Shown here one piece after another: positions 27,304 to 37,990 of a DNA stretch of 64,000 bases. The notes beneath the pieces were generated by a model. That model was given only the letters and a program-made list of their open reading frames with translations. It was not told where the DNA came from and searched no databases. The stretch comes from Branchiibius sp. NY16-3462-2 (GTDB taxonomy: Bacteria; Actinomycetota; Actinomycetes; Actinomycetales; Dermatophilaceae). A program made the translations under genes and the position numbers. The stretch lies in contig NZ_LVCF01000042.1 in assembly GCF_001594145.1 (NCBI RefSeq), forward strand, positions 21,836-85,835, given 5' to 3'. The number at the start of each line of letters is the position of its first letter. Within the stretch, counting starts at the first letter, position 1.

Positions 27304-28956
27304 ATGGAAGGCGCTCGCCCCGTCCGCGCACCGCGCGGCACCACCCTCACCGCGCAGTCGTGGCAGACCGAAGCCCCGATGCGGATGCTCATGAACAACC
27401 TCGATCCGGAGGTGGCCGAGCGGCCGGACGATCTGGTCGTCTACGGCGGCACCGGTCGTGCGGCCCGCGATTGGCGCTCGTTCGACGCGATCGTCCGCAC
27501 CCTCCAGGGCCTGAAGCAGGACGAGACGCTGCTGGTGCAGTCCGGGCGTCCGGTCGGTGTGATGCAGACGCACGAGTGGGCGCCACGGGTTTTGATCGCG
27601 AACTCGAATCTCGTTCCGGACTGGGCAAATTGGCCCGAGTTTCGCCGGCTGGAGCACCTCGGCCTGACGATGTACGGGCAGATGACTGCGGGGTCGTGGA
27701 TCTACATCGGCACTCAGGGCATCGTGCAGGGCACCTACGAGACGTTCGCCGCCGTCGCCGAGAAGCGTTTCGGCGGAACCCTCGCCGGCACGCTCACGCT
27801 GACGGGTGGCTGCGGCGGGATGGGCGGCGCGCAACCGCTGGCCGTCACCCTCAACGACGGTGCCTGCCTGATTGTGGACGTCGACGAGTCGCGGTTGCGG
27901 CGTCGTGTGAAGGACCGCTACCTCGATGAGGTTGCGGAGAACCTGGACGACGCGATCGAGAAGGCGGTTGCCGCGCGCACTCAGCGTCGGGCGTGGTCGG
28001 TGGGTGTGGTCGGTAATGCCGCGGAGATCTTCCCCGAGCTGCTGCGCCGCGGTGTGCCGATCGACATCGTGACCGACCAGACCAGCGCGCATGACCCGCT
28101 GTCCTACCTGCCCGAGGGCATCGACCTGGACGACTGGAGCGAGTACGCCGAGAAGAAGCCGGCCGAGTTCACCGACCGGGCGCGGGCGTCGATGGCCAAG
28201 CACGTGCAGGCGATGGTGGAGTTCCAGGACGGCGGTGCCGAGGTGTTCGACTACGGCAACTCGATCCGCGACGAAGCCCGACAGGGCGGATATGAGCGGG
28301 CGTTCGAGTTCCCGGGGTTCGTCCCGGCGTATATCCGGCCGCTGTTCTGCGAGGGCAAGGGCCCGTTTCGGTGGGCGGCGCTGTCGGGTGACCCGAAGGA
28401 CATCTACGCGACCGACAAGGCCGTCATGGACCTCTTCCCGGACAACGACCGCTTGCAGAAGTGGATGCGTGGGGCGAAGGAGAAGATCGCGTTCCAGGGT
28501 CTGCCGGCCCGGATCTGCTGGCTTGGTTACGGCGAGCGGGACAAGGCGGGTCTCGCGATCAACGATCTGGTTGCCCGCGGCGAGGTCAGCGCGCCCATCG
28601 TGATCGGCCGCGACCACCTGGACTGCGGTTCGGTCGCCTCGCCCTACCGGGAGACTGAGTCCATGCTCGACGGGTCGGACGCGATCTCCGACTGGCCGCT
28701 GCTGAACGCCATGGTTAACACCGCCTCCGGTGCGACCTGGGTGTCCATCCACCACGGCGGCGGCGTCGGCATCGGCCGGTCCCAGCACGCCGGTCAGGTG
28801 TCGGTCGCTGACGGCACCCCGCTGGCCGCGCAGAAGCTGGCGCGCGTGCTCACCAACGATCCCGGCATGGGTGTCATCCGGCACGTCGACGCCGGTTACG
28901 ACATCGCCGAGAACGTCGCTGCGGCCCAGGGCGTGCGCGTCCCGATGCGCGAATGA
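27304..28956 (+). CDS. hutU: Urocanate hydratase
   Basis: Highly conserved HutU blocks: [72 protein letters not shown]. Confidence 0.95.
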   Translation: MEGARPVRAPRGTTLTAQSWQTEAPMRMLMNNLDPEVAERPDDLVVYGGTGRAARDWRSFDAIVRTLQGLKQDETLLVQSGRPVGVMQTHEWAPRVLIANSNLVPDWANWPEFRRLEHLGLTMYGQMTAGSWIYIGTQGIVQGTYETFAAVAEKRFGGTLAGTLTLTGGCGGMGGAQPLAVTLNDGACLIVDVDESRLRRRVKDRYLDEVAENLDDAIEKAVAARTQRRAWSVGVVGNAAEIFPELLRRGVPIDIVTDQTSAHDPLSYLPEGIDLDDWSEYAEKKPAEFTDRARASMAKHVQAMVEFQDGGAEVFDYGNSIRDEARQGGYERAFEFPGFVPAYIRPLFCEGKGPFRWAALSGDPKDIYATDKAVMDLFPDNDRLQKWMRGAKEKIAFQGLPARICWLGYGERDKAGLAINDLVARGEVSAPIVIGRDHLDCGSVASPYRETESMLDGSDAISDWPLLNAMVNTASGATWVSIHHGGGVGIGRSQHAGQVSVADGTPLAAQKLARVLTNDPGMGVIRHVDAGYDIAENVAAAQGVRVPMRE

Positions 28957-30128
28957 GCTTCTCCTCGTTGTGGTCTGACCTCGAACCGATCGGTCGTACG
29001 GCGACCGGCGGCTACCGCCGGTTCGCCTGGACCCGCGAGGACCACACCTTGCGTGAGTGGTTCGCGGGGGAGGCCGCCGAGCGTGGCTTGTCACTGGTGG
29101 AAGACCGCGCCGGCAACCAATGGGCCTGGTGGGGGACACCCGGTCAGAGCAACGGTGTCGTGCTCGGCTCACACCTGGACTCCGTGCCGGCCGGTGGCGC
29201 GTACGACGGGCCGCTGGGTGTCGTGTCCGCGTTCGCGGCCGTGGACCAGGCCCGGGCCGACGGCTTCTCGCCGAGTAAACCTGTGGCCATCGTCAACTTC
29301 GGTGATGAGGAAGGTGCCCGGTTCGGGGTGGCCTGTGCCGGTTCGCGGCTGATCACCGGAGCGCTCGCTGCCGACACCGCACGGGCGCTGAAGGACTCCT
29401 CCGGGGTGACGATGGCTGCCGCCCGTCGGAAGGCGGGTGCGTTGGGTGATCTCGGTCCGGATCCCGAAACCCTCTCCCGCATCGGCTGTTTCGTCGAACT
29501 GCACGTCGAGCAGGGTCGTGCGCTGGTCTTCGAGGACGCCGTGGTGGGCGTGGGTACGTCGATCTGGCCACACGGCCGCTGGCGCATCTCGGTGCCGGGC
29601 CGGGCCAACCACGCCGGGACCACGGCGCTCGTGGATCGCGACGACGCCCTGTTGAAGGCGGCCGCTCTGGTCCAGGCGGCGCGGGCCGCTGCTGAGGAGA
29701 ACGGCTGTGTCGCGACGGTCGGGCGGTTGGACGTCCAACCGGGCGGGGTCAACGCGATCGCCGAACATGTCGAGGTATGGCTGGACGCGCGAGGCGCTTC
29801 GGCTGCATCCGTGACGGCGTGTGTCGCGCAGATCGAGGGCGATGCTCAAGCGTTGGGCGCGAAGCTGCAGCAACTGTCCTGGACTGCCGACACGCCGTTC
29901 GATCCGGCGCTGGCGAAGCGGTTGTCGCAGTTGCTCGGCGCACCGATGTTGTCGACGGGGGCAGGTCATGACGCTGGCATCCTGGCCAACGCCGGGATCC
30001 CAACCGCGATGATCTTCGTGCGCAATCCGACCGGCGTCTCGCATGCCCCCGATGAATTCGCCACTCCCGAGGACTGTTTGGCGGGGGTTGACGCGCTGAC
30101 GCGCGTGCTGAAGGAGTTGGCTGCGTGA
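28953..30128 (+). CDS. M20-family amidohydrolase (allantoate amidohydrolase / N-carbamoyl-amino-acid hydrolase type)
   Basis: [48 protein letters not shown] motifs of the Zn-dependent hydantoinase/allantoate amidohydrolase branch. Start overlaps the hutU stop. Confidence 0.85.
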   Translation: MSFSSLWSDLEPIGRTATGGYRRFAWTREDHTLREWFAGEAAERGLSLVEDRAGNQWAWWGTPGQSNGVVLGSHLDSVPAGGAYDGPLGVVSAFAAVDQARADGFSPSKPVAIVNFGDEEGARFGVACAGSRLITGALAADTARALKDSSGVTMAAARRKAGALGDLGPDPETLSRIGCFVELHVEQGRALVFEDAVVGVGTSIWPHGRWRISVPGRANHAGTTALVDRDDALLKAAALVQAARAAAEENGCVATVGRLDVQPGGVNAIAEHVEVWLDARGASAASVTACVAQIEGDAQALGAKLQQLSWTADTPFDPALAKRLSQLLGAPMLSTGAGHDAGILANAGIPTAMIFVRNPTGVSHAPDEFATPEDCLAGVDALTRVLKELAA

Positions 30129-31456
30129 CCAGCTACTGGGCGGCGAAGGCGTGGCTGCCGGCCGGCGTACGGGAGCGAGTGCGGTTCGAGGTGTCAGACG
30201 GCGTGTTCACGTCGATCACGCCCGACGCTTCGGCCGACGGTGCGCACCGGCTGCCCGGCCTCGTCCTACCCGGCTTCGCCAACGACCACAGTCACGCGTT
30301 CCACCGCGCGCTGCGCGGGCGGACCCACGCGGATGGTGGCACTTTCTGGACCTGGCGCAAGGCCATGTATTCCGTTGCTGCGCAGCTCGATCCGGACTCG
30401 TACTACCAACTGGCACGGGCGACGTACGCCGAGATGGTTCTGGCCGGGTACACCTCGGTGAGTGAGTTCCACTATCTGCACCACGGGCCGGGTGGCACGC
30501 CGTACACCGATCCGAACGCCATGGGGCACGCGCTGATCCAGGCTGCCAAGGACGCAGGCATCAGCATCACACTGCTCGACACGTGTTACCTGCACGGTGG
30601 ACTCGGCCCGGACGGCTACCTTGAACTGGATGAGGTGCAACAGCGATTCGCTGATGCCGATGTGTCGGCCTGGGCAGGTCGGGTCAGCGAGTTGGAGCCG
30701 GCCGATGACGTGTCGATCGGATCCGCGGTCCATTCGGTCCGCGCTGTGACGCCTGCGGAGTTGGAGCAGGTGTGGCAGCACGCTGCGCACGTCCATCACG
30801 GGACGAACGCGCACCACATCCATCTGTCGGAACAGCCTGCGGAGAACGAAGCAACGCTGGCCCACTTCGGCCGAACGCCCACTCAGCTGCTCGCCGACGC
30901 GGGGTTGATCGATCGGGACCTGACGGCGGTTCATGCCACCCATCTGACGGGTGCCGATATCCAGGCACTGGGCGAAGCGGGAGCGACTGCGTGCTTCTGC
31001 CCGACCACCGAACGTGATCTGGCGGACGGGATTGGCCCTGCACCGGAGTTGGTGAGCGCTGGTGCCCGCCTCAGCCTGGGTTCGGACCAGCACGCCGTGA
31101 TCGATCCGTTCGAGGAACTGCGCGGGCTGGAGATGAACGAACGCCTCCGCAGCCTGCGTCGCGGGACGTTCACTCCGGGGGAGCTGCTCGAGATAGGAGT
31201 AAGCGGTGCCAGCCTCCCCGGCCGGCCGCACAGTGGGCTGTTGCAGATCGGTGCGCTAACGAACCTGGTTGCCATTCGGACTGATTCGCCCCGCACCGCT
31301 GGTTGTTCGGGTGAGCAGATCATTTTCGGAGCTTCTGCGGCAGACGTGGATACGGTGGTGGTCCGCGGTGAGGTGATGGTCGAAGGCGGTCAGCACGTGC
31401 TCGGAGATGTGGGCCGGATGTTGAAGGAGGCAATCGAACCACTATGGCAACTCTGA
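30125..31456 (+). CDS. hutF: Formimidoylglutamate deiminase
   Basis: Amidohydrolase-superfamily metal site [27 protein letters not shown]. Sits between the M20 gene and hutI with overlapping stops and starts. Confidence 0.8.
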   Translation: MTSYWAAKAWLPAGVRERVRFEVSDGVFTSITPDASADGAHRLPGLVLPGFANDHSHAFHRALRGRTHADGGTFWTWRKAMYSVAAQLDPDSYYQLARATYAEMVLAGYTSVSEFHYLHHGPGGTPYTDPNAMGHALIQAAKDAGISITLLDTCYLHGGLGPDGYLELDEVQQRFADADVSAWAGRVSELEPADDVSIGSAVHSVRAVTPAELEQVWQHAAHVHHGTNAHHIHLSEQPAENEATLAHFGRTPTQLLADAGLIDRDLTAVHATHLTGADIQALGEAGATACFCPTTERDLADGIGPAPELVSAGARLSLGSDQHAVIDPFEELRGLEMNERLRSLRRGTFTPGELLEIGVSGASLPGRPHSGLLQIGALTNLVAIRTDSPRTAGCSGEQIIFGASAADVDTVVVRGEVMVEGGQHVLGDVGRMLKEAIEPLWQL

Positions 31457-32583
31457 TCACCAATATCGGCGAATTAAACACGTGCGACGACGAATTCAGC
31501 ATCCAGCGTGACGCCGCGGTTGTCGTCGAGGACGAGCGGATCGCGTGGGTGGGCGCCGCAACGGAAGCGCCGCCCGCGGACACGGAGGTCGACGTCGAGG
31601 GCCGTGCCGTTATCCCGGCCTTCGTCGACAGCCACACGCACCTGATCTTTGCCGGCGACCGGTCAGCCGAGTTCGCGGCGCGGATGACCGGGACGGCGTA
31701 CGACGGGGGTGGGATCGCCGTGACCCGGGCAGCCACCGTCGCGGCCAGTGACGAAGAATTGCGGGCACTGCTGGCGGCACGTATCGACGAGTCGCGAGCC
31801 CAGGGGACCGGCACGATCGAGATCAAGTCCGGCTACGGACTGTCCGTCGAGGAAGAAGCGCGGCTCCTACGGATCGCATGTGAATTCACCGACGAGACAA
31901 CGTATCTCGGAGCGCACGTCGTGCCGCCGGAAGTGGACCGTAACGACTACGTGCGGTTGGTGACGGGTCAGATGCTCGCCGCTTGCGCGCCGTACGCCAA
32001 GTGGATCGATGTGTTCTGTGAGCCGCACAGTGCGCACGCCTTCGACGGTGACGAAGCACGGGCGGTTCTCACCGCCGGCCGCGATGCAGGCTTGGGCCTA
32101 CGGGTGCACGGTGGGCAACTCGGTTACGGCCCGGGGGTGCAACTGGCGGTCGAACTTGGTGCGGCGAGCGTGGATCACTGCACCTACCTGACCGACGCGG
32201 ACGTCGATGCGCTGGCGAGTAGCGACACCGTCGCGACGCTGCTACCAGGTGTGGAGTTCTCGACCCGCTCGCCGTATCCGGATGCCCGACGGTTGATCGG
32301 GGCTGGCGTCCAGGTTGCGTTGGCGACCGATTGCAATCCGGGCACGTGCTACTCCAATTCGATGCCGTTCATGATCGCGCTGGCTGTGCGCGAGATGGGC
32401 ATGACACCCGCTGAAGCGTTGTCGGCAGCGACCCGTGGTGCGGCAAAGAGTTTGCGGCGCGACGATATCGGAACGCTTGCTGTCGGTCAGCGGGCAGATC
32501 TCACGGTCCTGGACGCACCGACGTACCTGCATCTGGCCTATCGCCCCGGCGTACCGATTGCCCGGTGTCTCGATCTGGACTAG
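31444..32583 (+). CDS. hutI: Imidazolonepropionase
   Basis: [45 protein letters not shown]. Overlaps the hutF end by 13 nt. Confidence 0.9.
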   Translation: MATLITNIGELNTCDDEFSIQRDAAVVVEDERIAWVGAATEAPPADTEVDVEGRAVIPAFVDSHTHLIFAGDRSAEFAARMTGTAYDGGGIAVTRAATVAASDEELRALLAARIDESRAQGTGTIEIKSGYGLSVEEEARLLRIACEFTDETTYLGAHVVPPEVDRNDYVRLVTGQMLAACAPYAKWIDVFCEPHSAHAFDGDEARAVLTAGRDAGLGLRVHGGQLGYGPGVQLAVELGAASVDHCTYLTDADVDALASSDTVATLLPGVEFSTRSPYPDARRLIGAGVQVALATDCNPGTCYSNSMPFMIALAVREMGMTPAEALSAATRGAAKSLRRDDIGTLAVGQRADLTVLDAPTYLHLAYRPGVPIARCLDLD

Positions 32584-32733
32584 CGGATCTGCCGGACTGG
32601 AAGTGTTGTGCCGTGACCGATGGGGTCGACCCGGACACGGCTGGCGCCATGGTGGCGCCACCTGTGCACCCCCGAGGTGGGATCTGTCGCGGGGTGTTGC
32701 GCAGCGAAGCCACGTCGGCTTAACGTGTGGATA

Positions 32734-32752
32734 GAACGAAACGGTTTCGTTC
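32734..32752. promoter_or_regulatory. Perfect 19-bp palindrome GAACGAAAC-G-GTTTCGTTC upstream of the TetR gene (probable TetR operator)
   Basis: Read directly. Lies 42 bp upstream of the GTG start at 32794. Confidence 0.5.
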
Positions 32753-32793
32753 CATCAGATCCGGCCAATGGAGAAGACCGGGAAAGGACAGTC

Positions 32794-33408
32794 GTGAACA
32801 GCGAGCAGGCGCCGGTTGTCGCGAATCGCCCTCGGGTTGAAGGGGATCGCGAAGCAGAGATCCTCCAGGGAGTCCTGGAGGTCTTGATCGAACTGGGCTA
32901 CGACCGGCTCACGTTCGATGCCGTCGCCAACCACGTGCGGGCCAGCAAGGCGACGCTCTACCGCAAGTGGCCGACGAAGGCCGAGTTGACGCTCGCTGCC
33001 GTCGAGCACTTGAAATCCTCATCGCACGAGAACGGAGAAATTCCGGACACCGGCAGTCTCGAAGGCGACTTCACCGTCGAGTTCTGCGAGGCCCCGGACT
33101 ACAACGAATACAGTTCCCAGGTCTTCCGGGCGATCGTGCCCGCGTTGCACCGGGATCCCGAACTGACCCGCCTGTTCAACGAGCGGTTCATCGCACCGCG
33201 CCGCGCGTTGATCCGGGACGCAATGGAGCGTGCCCAAGCGCGAGGTGAGATCGGAGCATCGGCGGATCTCGACGTACTCGCTGCGATCGTGCCGGCTGCC
33301 ATCACGCTGGAAGTGATGACGTCCGGAGAAGCCCCTAGCCCCCAATTCATTCAGACCGTTATCCGTGAGGTTCTGCTGCCCGCGTGTCGGGCGTCCATCG
33401 ACTCCTGA
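32794..33408 (+). CDS. TetR/AcrR-family transcriptional regulator
   Basis: HTH LTFDAVANHVRASKATLYRKWPTKAEL. GTG start at 32794 preceded by GGAAAGGA. The longer ORF from 32620 is an upstream extension with no TetR homology. Confidence 0.85.
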   Translation: MNSEQAPVVANRPRVEGDREAEILQGVLEVLIELGYDRLTFDAVANHVRASKATLYRKWPTKAELTLAAVEHLKSSSHENGEIPDTGSLEGDFTVEFCEAPDYNEYSSQVFRAIVPALHRDPELTRLFNERFIAPRRALIRDAMERAQARGEIGASADLDVLAAIVPAAITLEVMTSGEAPSPQFIQTVIREVLLPACRASIDS

Positions 33409-33424
33409 GTCGCCCCACACCCGT

Positions 33425-33459
33425 CCCGGCAACGTTGCCGGGTGACCGCTGAGGTCACC
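33425..33459. promoter_or_regulatory. Two overlapping palindromes/hairpins (CCCGGCAACGTTGCCGGG and GGTGACC-GCTGA-GGTCACC, sharing GG at 33441-33442) between the TetR and MFS genes
   Basis: Read directly. Could be a terminator/attenuator after tetR or a second operator in front of the pump gene. Confidence 0.35.
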
Positions 33460-33551
33460 ACTAACCCACATATCCCTGCCTGTTGGCTGCCCACTCGGGT
33501 GCGCCGACTGATCGTTGCTGCCCAATTCCGGGTCGCTGAGAGAGGAAAGCT

Positions 33552-35108
33552 ATGTCCACTTCGGTCACCGAAGAAAAGGACGAAGAGTGCGAGGCTCCTC
33601 GTCATACCAACCTGACGGTGGCGCTCATCGTCATCGCGATGGCCCAGCTGATGATCGTGCTGGACGCGACCATCGTGAACATCGCCACCCCGCACATCCT
33701 GACCGCCCTGGACTTCACCCAGTCCAGCGTCCAGTGGGTCGTCACCGCTTACGCACTGTCGTTCGGCAGCCTGCTGCTGCTTGGTGGTCGCCTCGGTGAT
33801 CTCTTCGGCCGGCGGCGGATGTTTGTCATCGGTGTGATCATCTTCGCGGTGGCCTCGTTGATCGGCGGTCTTGCTCCGAACGGCGCGATCCTTCTCGCCG
33901 CTCGTGCGCTGCAGGGAGCAGGCGCCGCTCTGGCGTCGCCGGCGGCCCTTGCGTTGATCAACACGACCTTCCCGGCGGGCAGGGAGCGCAACCGGGCGAT
34001 GGCGGTGTACGCCGCGATGTCCGGTGCCGGTGCCGCGGTCGGACTCATTCTCGGTGGAATTCTGACCGAATGGGACTGGCGCCTAACGTTTTTCATCAAC
34101 GTGCCGCTCGGCCTGATCGTCGCGCTGTTGGCGCCACGGGTGCTCGTGGAGTCCGAAGGCAACGACGGATCGCTGGACATCTGGGGGGCCATCGCGGCCA
34201 CCGTTGGTCTCTTCGGCATCGTCTACGGCCTGTCCCACGCGGGTCAGCAGGGTGCCTCCTGGGGCGACTTCGAGACGCTCTTCCCGTTGATCGGCGGCCT
34301 GGTCGTCCTGGCGATCTTCGTAGCTATCGAGAACCGCGTGCGGCATCCGCTGTTGCCGATGCGCATCGTTGCTGACCGCACCCGCGGCGTCTCACTCTTC
34401 GTGATGCTCATCGTCGGCGCGGCCATGTTCTCGATGTTCTTCTTCCTCGGTCTGTACATCCAGCAGGTGCTTGGCTACTCGCCGATCAAGTCGGGCTTCG
34501 CCTTCCTACCGTTCAGCGTGGGGATCGTGGCCGCCGCCGGTCTGGCGTCCAACCTGGCCGGACGAGTGGACCCGCGGTGGCTCGCCGGCGCCGGCGGGAT
34601 CCTCACCACCGTGTCGCTGTGGGGCTTGACCCATCTGTCCGTGGACAGCACGTACGCCGCGCACCTGCTTCCGTGGATCACGATCATGGGCTTCGGGATG
34701 GGATTCATCTTCATCCCGCTGACGCTGACCGCCACGGCAGGTGTGGACCAGAACGACTCCGGTGCGGCCGCGTCAAGCCTGAACACTGCGCAGCAGATCG
34801 GTGGTGCTGTCGGAATTGCCGCTCTGACAACGGTATTCACCCACTTCGCGACGCAGCGAGGCAACGAGTTGGCGGCGGCGGGCAAGGCGGCGATGGCGAA
34901 GGCCGCTGCTGCCGGGCAGACGCCGACCCAGGAGCAGATCGCTGCTGCTACCCACCAGGCCCAGATCGACGCGCAGACCTACGGATCGACGCATGCCTTC
35001 TGGGCCTCGGCCATCATGGTGCTCGTCGGAACGCTGGTCGTGATGGCCTTCCTGACCATCAAGCACACCGAACTGGCCGAAGAGGAAGCTGCCATGGCCA
35101 TCGTCTGA
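33552..35108 (+). CDS. MFS transporter, DHA2 (EmrB/QacA, 14-TMS) drug-efflux family
   Basis: Motif A GGRLGDLFGRRRMF, motif C-like LIGGLAP..., about 14 hydrophobic helices. Downstream of the TetR regulator. Confidence 0.9.
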   Translation: MSTSVTEEKDEECEAPRHTNLTVALIVIAMAQLMIVLDATIVNIATPHILTALDFTQSSVQWVVTAYALSFGSLLLLGGRLGDLFGRRRMFVIGVIIFAVASLIGGLAPNGAILLAARALQGAGAALASPAALALINTTFPAGRERNRAMAVYAAMSGAGAAVGLILGGILTEWDWRLTFFINVPLGLIVALLAPRVLVESEGNDGSLDIWGAIAATVGLFGIVYGLSHAGQQGASWGDFETLFPLIGGLVVLAIFVAIENRVRHPLLPMRIVADRTRGVSLFVMLIVGAAMFSMFFFLGLYIQQVLGYSPIKSGFAFLPFSVGIVAAAGLASNLAGRVDPRWLAGAGGILTTVSLWGLTHLSVDSTYAAHLLPWITIMGFGMGFIFIPLTLTATAGVDQNDSGAAASSLNTAQQIGGAVGIAALTTVFTHFATQRGNELAAAGKAAMAKAAAAGQTPTQEQIAAATHQAQIDAQTYGSTHAFWASAIMVLVGTLVVMAFLTIKHTELAEEEAAMAIV

Positions 35109-35163
35109 TGACGCCGCCCTGAAGGAACAGCTGATCAGGGAACACCCGATCGTGCGAATGCCT

Positions 35164-35208
35164 GCCACCGCGATGACATGGACTATGTCGTCGCGGTGGC
35201 TCGCTTTT
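35164..35208. terminator. Hairpin (14-bp stem with one mismatch, 9-nt loop) followed by TCGCTTTT; bidirectional terminator between convergent genes
   Basis: GCCACCGCGATGAC...GTCGTCGCGGTGGC read directly. A T-run follows on the + strand. Located between the MFS stop (35108) and the HNH gene stop (35207). Confidence 0.55.
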
Positions 35209-36589
35209 AGACGCGGAGCCGAATCCGTTTGGTGTGGATGCGGATTGAGCAGGCGCTTGTCGGGCGGCCGGGTGGGTCGGGGGCTCGGCTGGTGGCTTGG
35301 ATGCCGCGGGCGCGCACGGTGTATTCCTCGGCGTTGCCGGTGACCTGTAGGTCGGGGTGTTCTTTGGCGTAGTTGCAGCGTTCGCAGTCACCGGCGGCGT
35401 TGTGTACGCAGGTTTGACCGCCGTCGGCGACGGGTTGGATGTGGTCGATGTGTTTGATCGTGGCTCCGCAGAACGGGGTGCGGCAGACCTGGTCGCGCAA
35501 TCGCACGAACGCGGCCAGCAGGCCGGGGAAGGCGCGGGCGCGGGAGTCCATCGCCACCAGTTCGCCCGTCTTCGGGATGGTGAAGACGCGTCGGATCAAC
35601 CCGCCGACGGCCTCGTGGTCGGCCAGGAATTCGCGCACCACTTCGGCCGGGATAGGTCCGAACCCCTCCAGGTGACCCTCGCCCTCCCCGGTTAAGGACT
35701 CCATCGGCACTAACAGGTTTACGGCCACCGGCGACGCCCCAGGGCTAGTACCCGGGCCAGGGCTAGTGCCAGCGCGAGTTCCGGTGTCAGTCGCCGTGCT
35801 GTCGCGGTCGTCGGGGTCGGGCTGCGCATCCGGGTCGGTGACAGCTGCAACCTTGGGTGCGAGCCTGGCCGGTCGGCCGGTGATCCGCTCCACCAGGGCA
35901 TCGGCCATCCGTTGACCTTTGCCGCGTCCATCCTCCGGCCCGGTGGGGCCGACACCGGTCAGTGCTGCCTGGCAGGCCACCCCGTCCGCGACGGGCAGTA
36001 AAGCGGTCAGCAGGGTCATGCAATCGGGTGCCGGTCGCAAGGACACCCGCCGTTCCCGTTCGGCTGTGGCGCGTCGGGCTACGAACGCTTCGGGGTCAGC
36101 CCGATAGGCCGCGGCCCGTGCGGCACCGGCCAGTTTGCGGTCGGAGGTTGTGCCCAGCAGGTGCCGCACCGCCTCATCGACGACTTGCCGGTCAGCCAGG
36201 GACAAGAACGCGGTCTCGGCGACTAGTTGGGTGGCTTGCCATTCCCCGATCACCCCGGCCCGCAAGGCCCCGGCGGTGTGCGGCATTTCGGTCATCGCAC
36301 GGGCCACGCCCAGGAACCGGGTACCCAGTCGGGGGCTGATCCGCCGGGCCAGACCCAGCTGGTTACCCACGACCCGTGCGGTCTCGCCTGCGTTGATGCC
36401 GCGAGCCCGGTCGGCAGCGGTCTGAGCATCGTGCAGCGTCACGGTCAGCTGCGCCTGCGCGGACGTGGCGGCGTTCTTGCATTCCTCCAACGCCCGGATC
36501 AACTGCAAAGCAACATCAGGGTCCGACGTGAGGGGCTCGCACGTGAGGGCGGCACGGAACGCATCGATATCCGTCACACTCACCGACAT
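35207..36589 (-). CDS. DUF222 / HNH endonuclease-domain protein (REP13E12-like family)
   Basis: N-terminal DUF222-type region (LIRALEECKNAATSAQAQLTV...). C-terminal HNH motif: CRTPFCGATIKHIDHIQPVADGGQT...NAAGDCERCNYAKEH. Confidence 0.85.
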   Translation of the reverse strand: MSVSVTDIDAFRAALTCEPLTSDPDVALQLIRALEECKNAATSAQAQLTVTLHDAQTAADRARGINAGETARVVGNQLGLARRISPRLGTRFLGVARAMTEMPHTAGALRAGVIGEWQATQLVAETAFLSLADRQVVDEAVRHLLGTTSDRKLAGAARAAAYRADPEAFVARRATAERERRVSLRPAPDCMTLLTALLPVADGVACQAALTGVGPTGPEDGRGKGQRMADALVERITGRPARLAPKVAAVTDPDAQPDPDDRDSTATDTGTRAGTSPGPGTSPGASPVAVNLLVPMESLTGEGEGHLEGFGPIPAEVVREFLADHEAVGGLIRRVFTIPKTGELVAMDSRARAFPGLLAAFVRLRDQVCRTPFCGATIKHIDHIQPVADGGQTCVHNAAGDCERCNYAKEHPDLQVTGNAEEYTVRARGIQATSRAPDPPGRPTSACSIRIHTKRIRLRV

Positions 36590-36655
36590 TGAAAACCCCC
36601 TCAGCTCTGATGCGAGTCCCCACCCGCATCACCCACTACCTAACCCCCACCATAC

Positions 36656-36668
36656 CGAACATATGTCC
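36656..36668. promoter_or_regulatory. Possible LexA/SOS box (CGAAC-ATAT-GTCC; one mismatch to GAAC-N4-GTTC) upstream of the HNH gene
   Basis: Read directly, 67 bp upstream of the start codon at 36589. Only a near-match, so tentative. Confidence 0.3.
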
Positions 36669-36757
36669 AGAATGGGAAGGCCTGTGCACAACCAAAAATA
36701 CATGAAAAACACTGCAGCACAAGGAAATACGCGGACAGCTCACTAACCAGGGAAAGC

Positions 36758-37990
36758 CTATCGCGAGCCACTGACAGCCACTTCGTCACGACGGCGGGAG
36801 AGGTAGGCGCGTTCGGCCGGGTTCGGCGCCAAAGCAATCGCGCGCTCGTATGCTGCAACCGCCTCCGACGAACGCCCGAGTCGGCGCAGCAGGTCAGCTC
36901 GCGTCGCGTGGAACGCGTGATACCCGTCCAACCGAAGCTCGTCCACCAGCGCCAATCCCACTGCAGGACCGTCGAGTTCGGCCACGGCAACCGCTCTGTT
37001 CAACGCCACGATGGGCGACGGCTCCAGCCGCAGCAGCCGGTCGTAGAGCGTCACGATCTGCGACCAATCGGTCGAAGACGACGACGGCGCGTTCGCGTGC
37101 ACCGCGGCCATCGCCGCCATCAGTTGGTACCGGCCGGGTGGAGGGCCGCCGGCCGCTACCGCAGCAAGAAGAGAGCGCACCAGTGAAGTGCCTTCGTCGA
37201 TCATGGGTCGAGACCAGAGCGACCGATCCTGCTCCGACAACGTCACCAATGATGCGGCCGAAACTCTCGCTGCCCGACGGGAATCCGTGAGCAGCATCAG
37301 CGCCAGAAGCCCCGTGACCTCCCCGGACGCGGGTAGCAGCGCGTGCAGCAACCGCCCGAGTCGGATGGCCTCATCACTGAGGTCCGACCGCAACGCGGCC
37401 TCGCCCCCGGAGGATAGGTAGCCCTCGTTGAAGATCAGATAGACCACCGCGAGCACGCCGTCCAGCCGTTCGGACAAATTGGTGGGAACGACGTACGGAA
37501 TGTGGGCTTTCTTGATCTTCGCCTTCGCACGGGTAATCCGTTGCGCCATGGTCGTTTCCGGCACCAAGAACGCTGCTGCGATCTCACCCACCGTCAATCC
37601 ACCCAGCAGGCGCAAGGTGAGCGCGACCTGAGCCGGCATGGCCAGCGCCGGGTGACAGCAGGTGAAGATGAGCCTCAGCCGATCGTCAACAACGGGTCCG
37701 GTCGGCTGGGGCGGTGAGTCGTCGTACGTCATGACCGCCTCCTGCTCCTTGGGGCCGCGCTGGGACTCCCTACGCACTTGGTCCAGCGCGAAACGGGTTG
37801 CCGTTGTGGTCAGCCACCCGCCCGGGTTGGGCGGGACACCGGAAACTGGCCACCGCGAGGCCGCCCGCGCAAACGCCTCCGCGGCGGCGTCCTCGGCAAT
37901 GTCCAGCGAACTGAAGCGCCGAGCGAGCGCCGCGACCACCCGCGCCCACTCCTCGTGGTAGGCGCGGGTGAGCGCGTCGGTGACCGTCAC
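36758..37990 (-). CDS. ECF-type RNA polymerase sigma factor with long C-terminal TPR-like extension (ECF42-type)
   Basis: Sigma-2 region (AEDAAAEAFARA...GWLTTTATRFALDQVRRE), sigma-4 region (LRLLGGLTVGEIAAAFLVPETTMAQRITRAKAKI), then a ~200-aa helical repeat extension. Start overlaps the stop of the upstream YciI/DGPF gene. Confidence 0.85.
   Translation of the reverse strand: MTVTDALTRAYHEEWARVVAALARRFSSLDIAEDAAAEAFARAASRWPVSGVPPNPGGWLTTTATRFALDQVRRESQRGPKEQEAVMTYDDSPPQPTGPVVDDRLRLIFTCCHPALAMPAQVALTLRLLGGLTVGEIAAAFLVPETTMAQRITRAKAKIKKAHIPYVVPTNLSERLDGVLAVVYLIFNEGYLSSGGEAALRSDLSDEAIRLGRLLHALLPASGEVTGLLALMLLTDSRRAARVSAASLVTLSEQDRSLWSRPMIDEGTSLVRSLLAAVAAGGPPPGRYQLMAAMAAVHANAPSSSSTDWSQIVTLYDRLLRLEPSPIVALNRAVAVAELDGPAVGLALVDELRLDGYHAFHATRADLLRRLGRSSEAVAAYERAIALAPNPAERAYLSRRRDEVAVSGSR

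Noticed and set aside
27274-29172. 632-aa minus-strand ORF over hutU
   Set aside because: hutU on the plus strand is one of the most conserved proteins in the window. The antisense ORF is Arg/Gly/His-rich with no recognisable domain.
35109-36757. Calling the DUF222/HNH gene a mobile element or genomic island
   Set aside because: There are no flanking direct or inverted repeats, no transposase or integrase, and no tRNA target. Only a slightly AT-richer upstream spacer is present, which is insufficient evidence.
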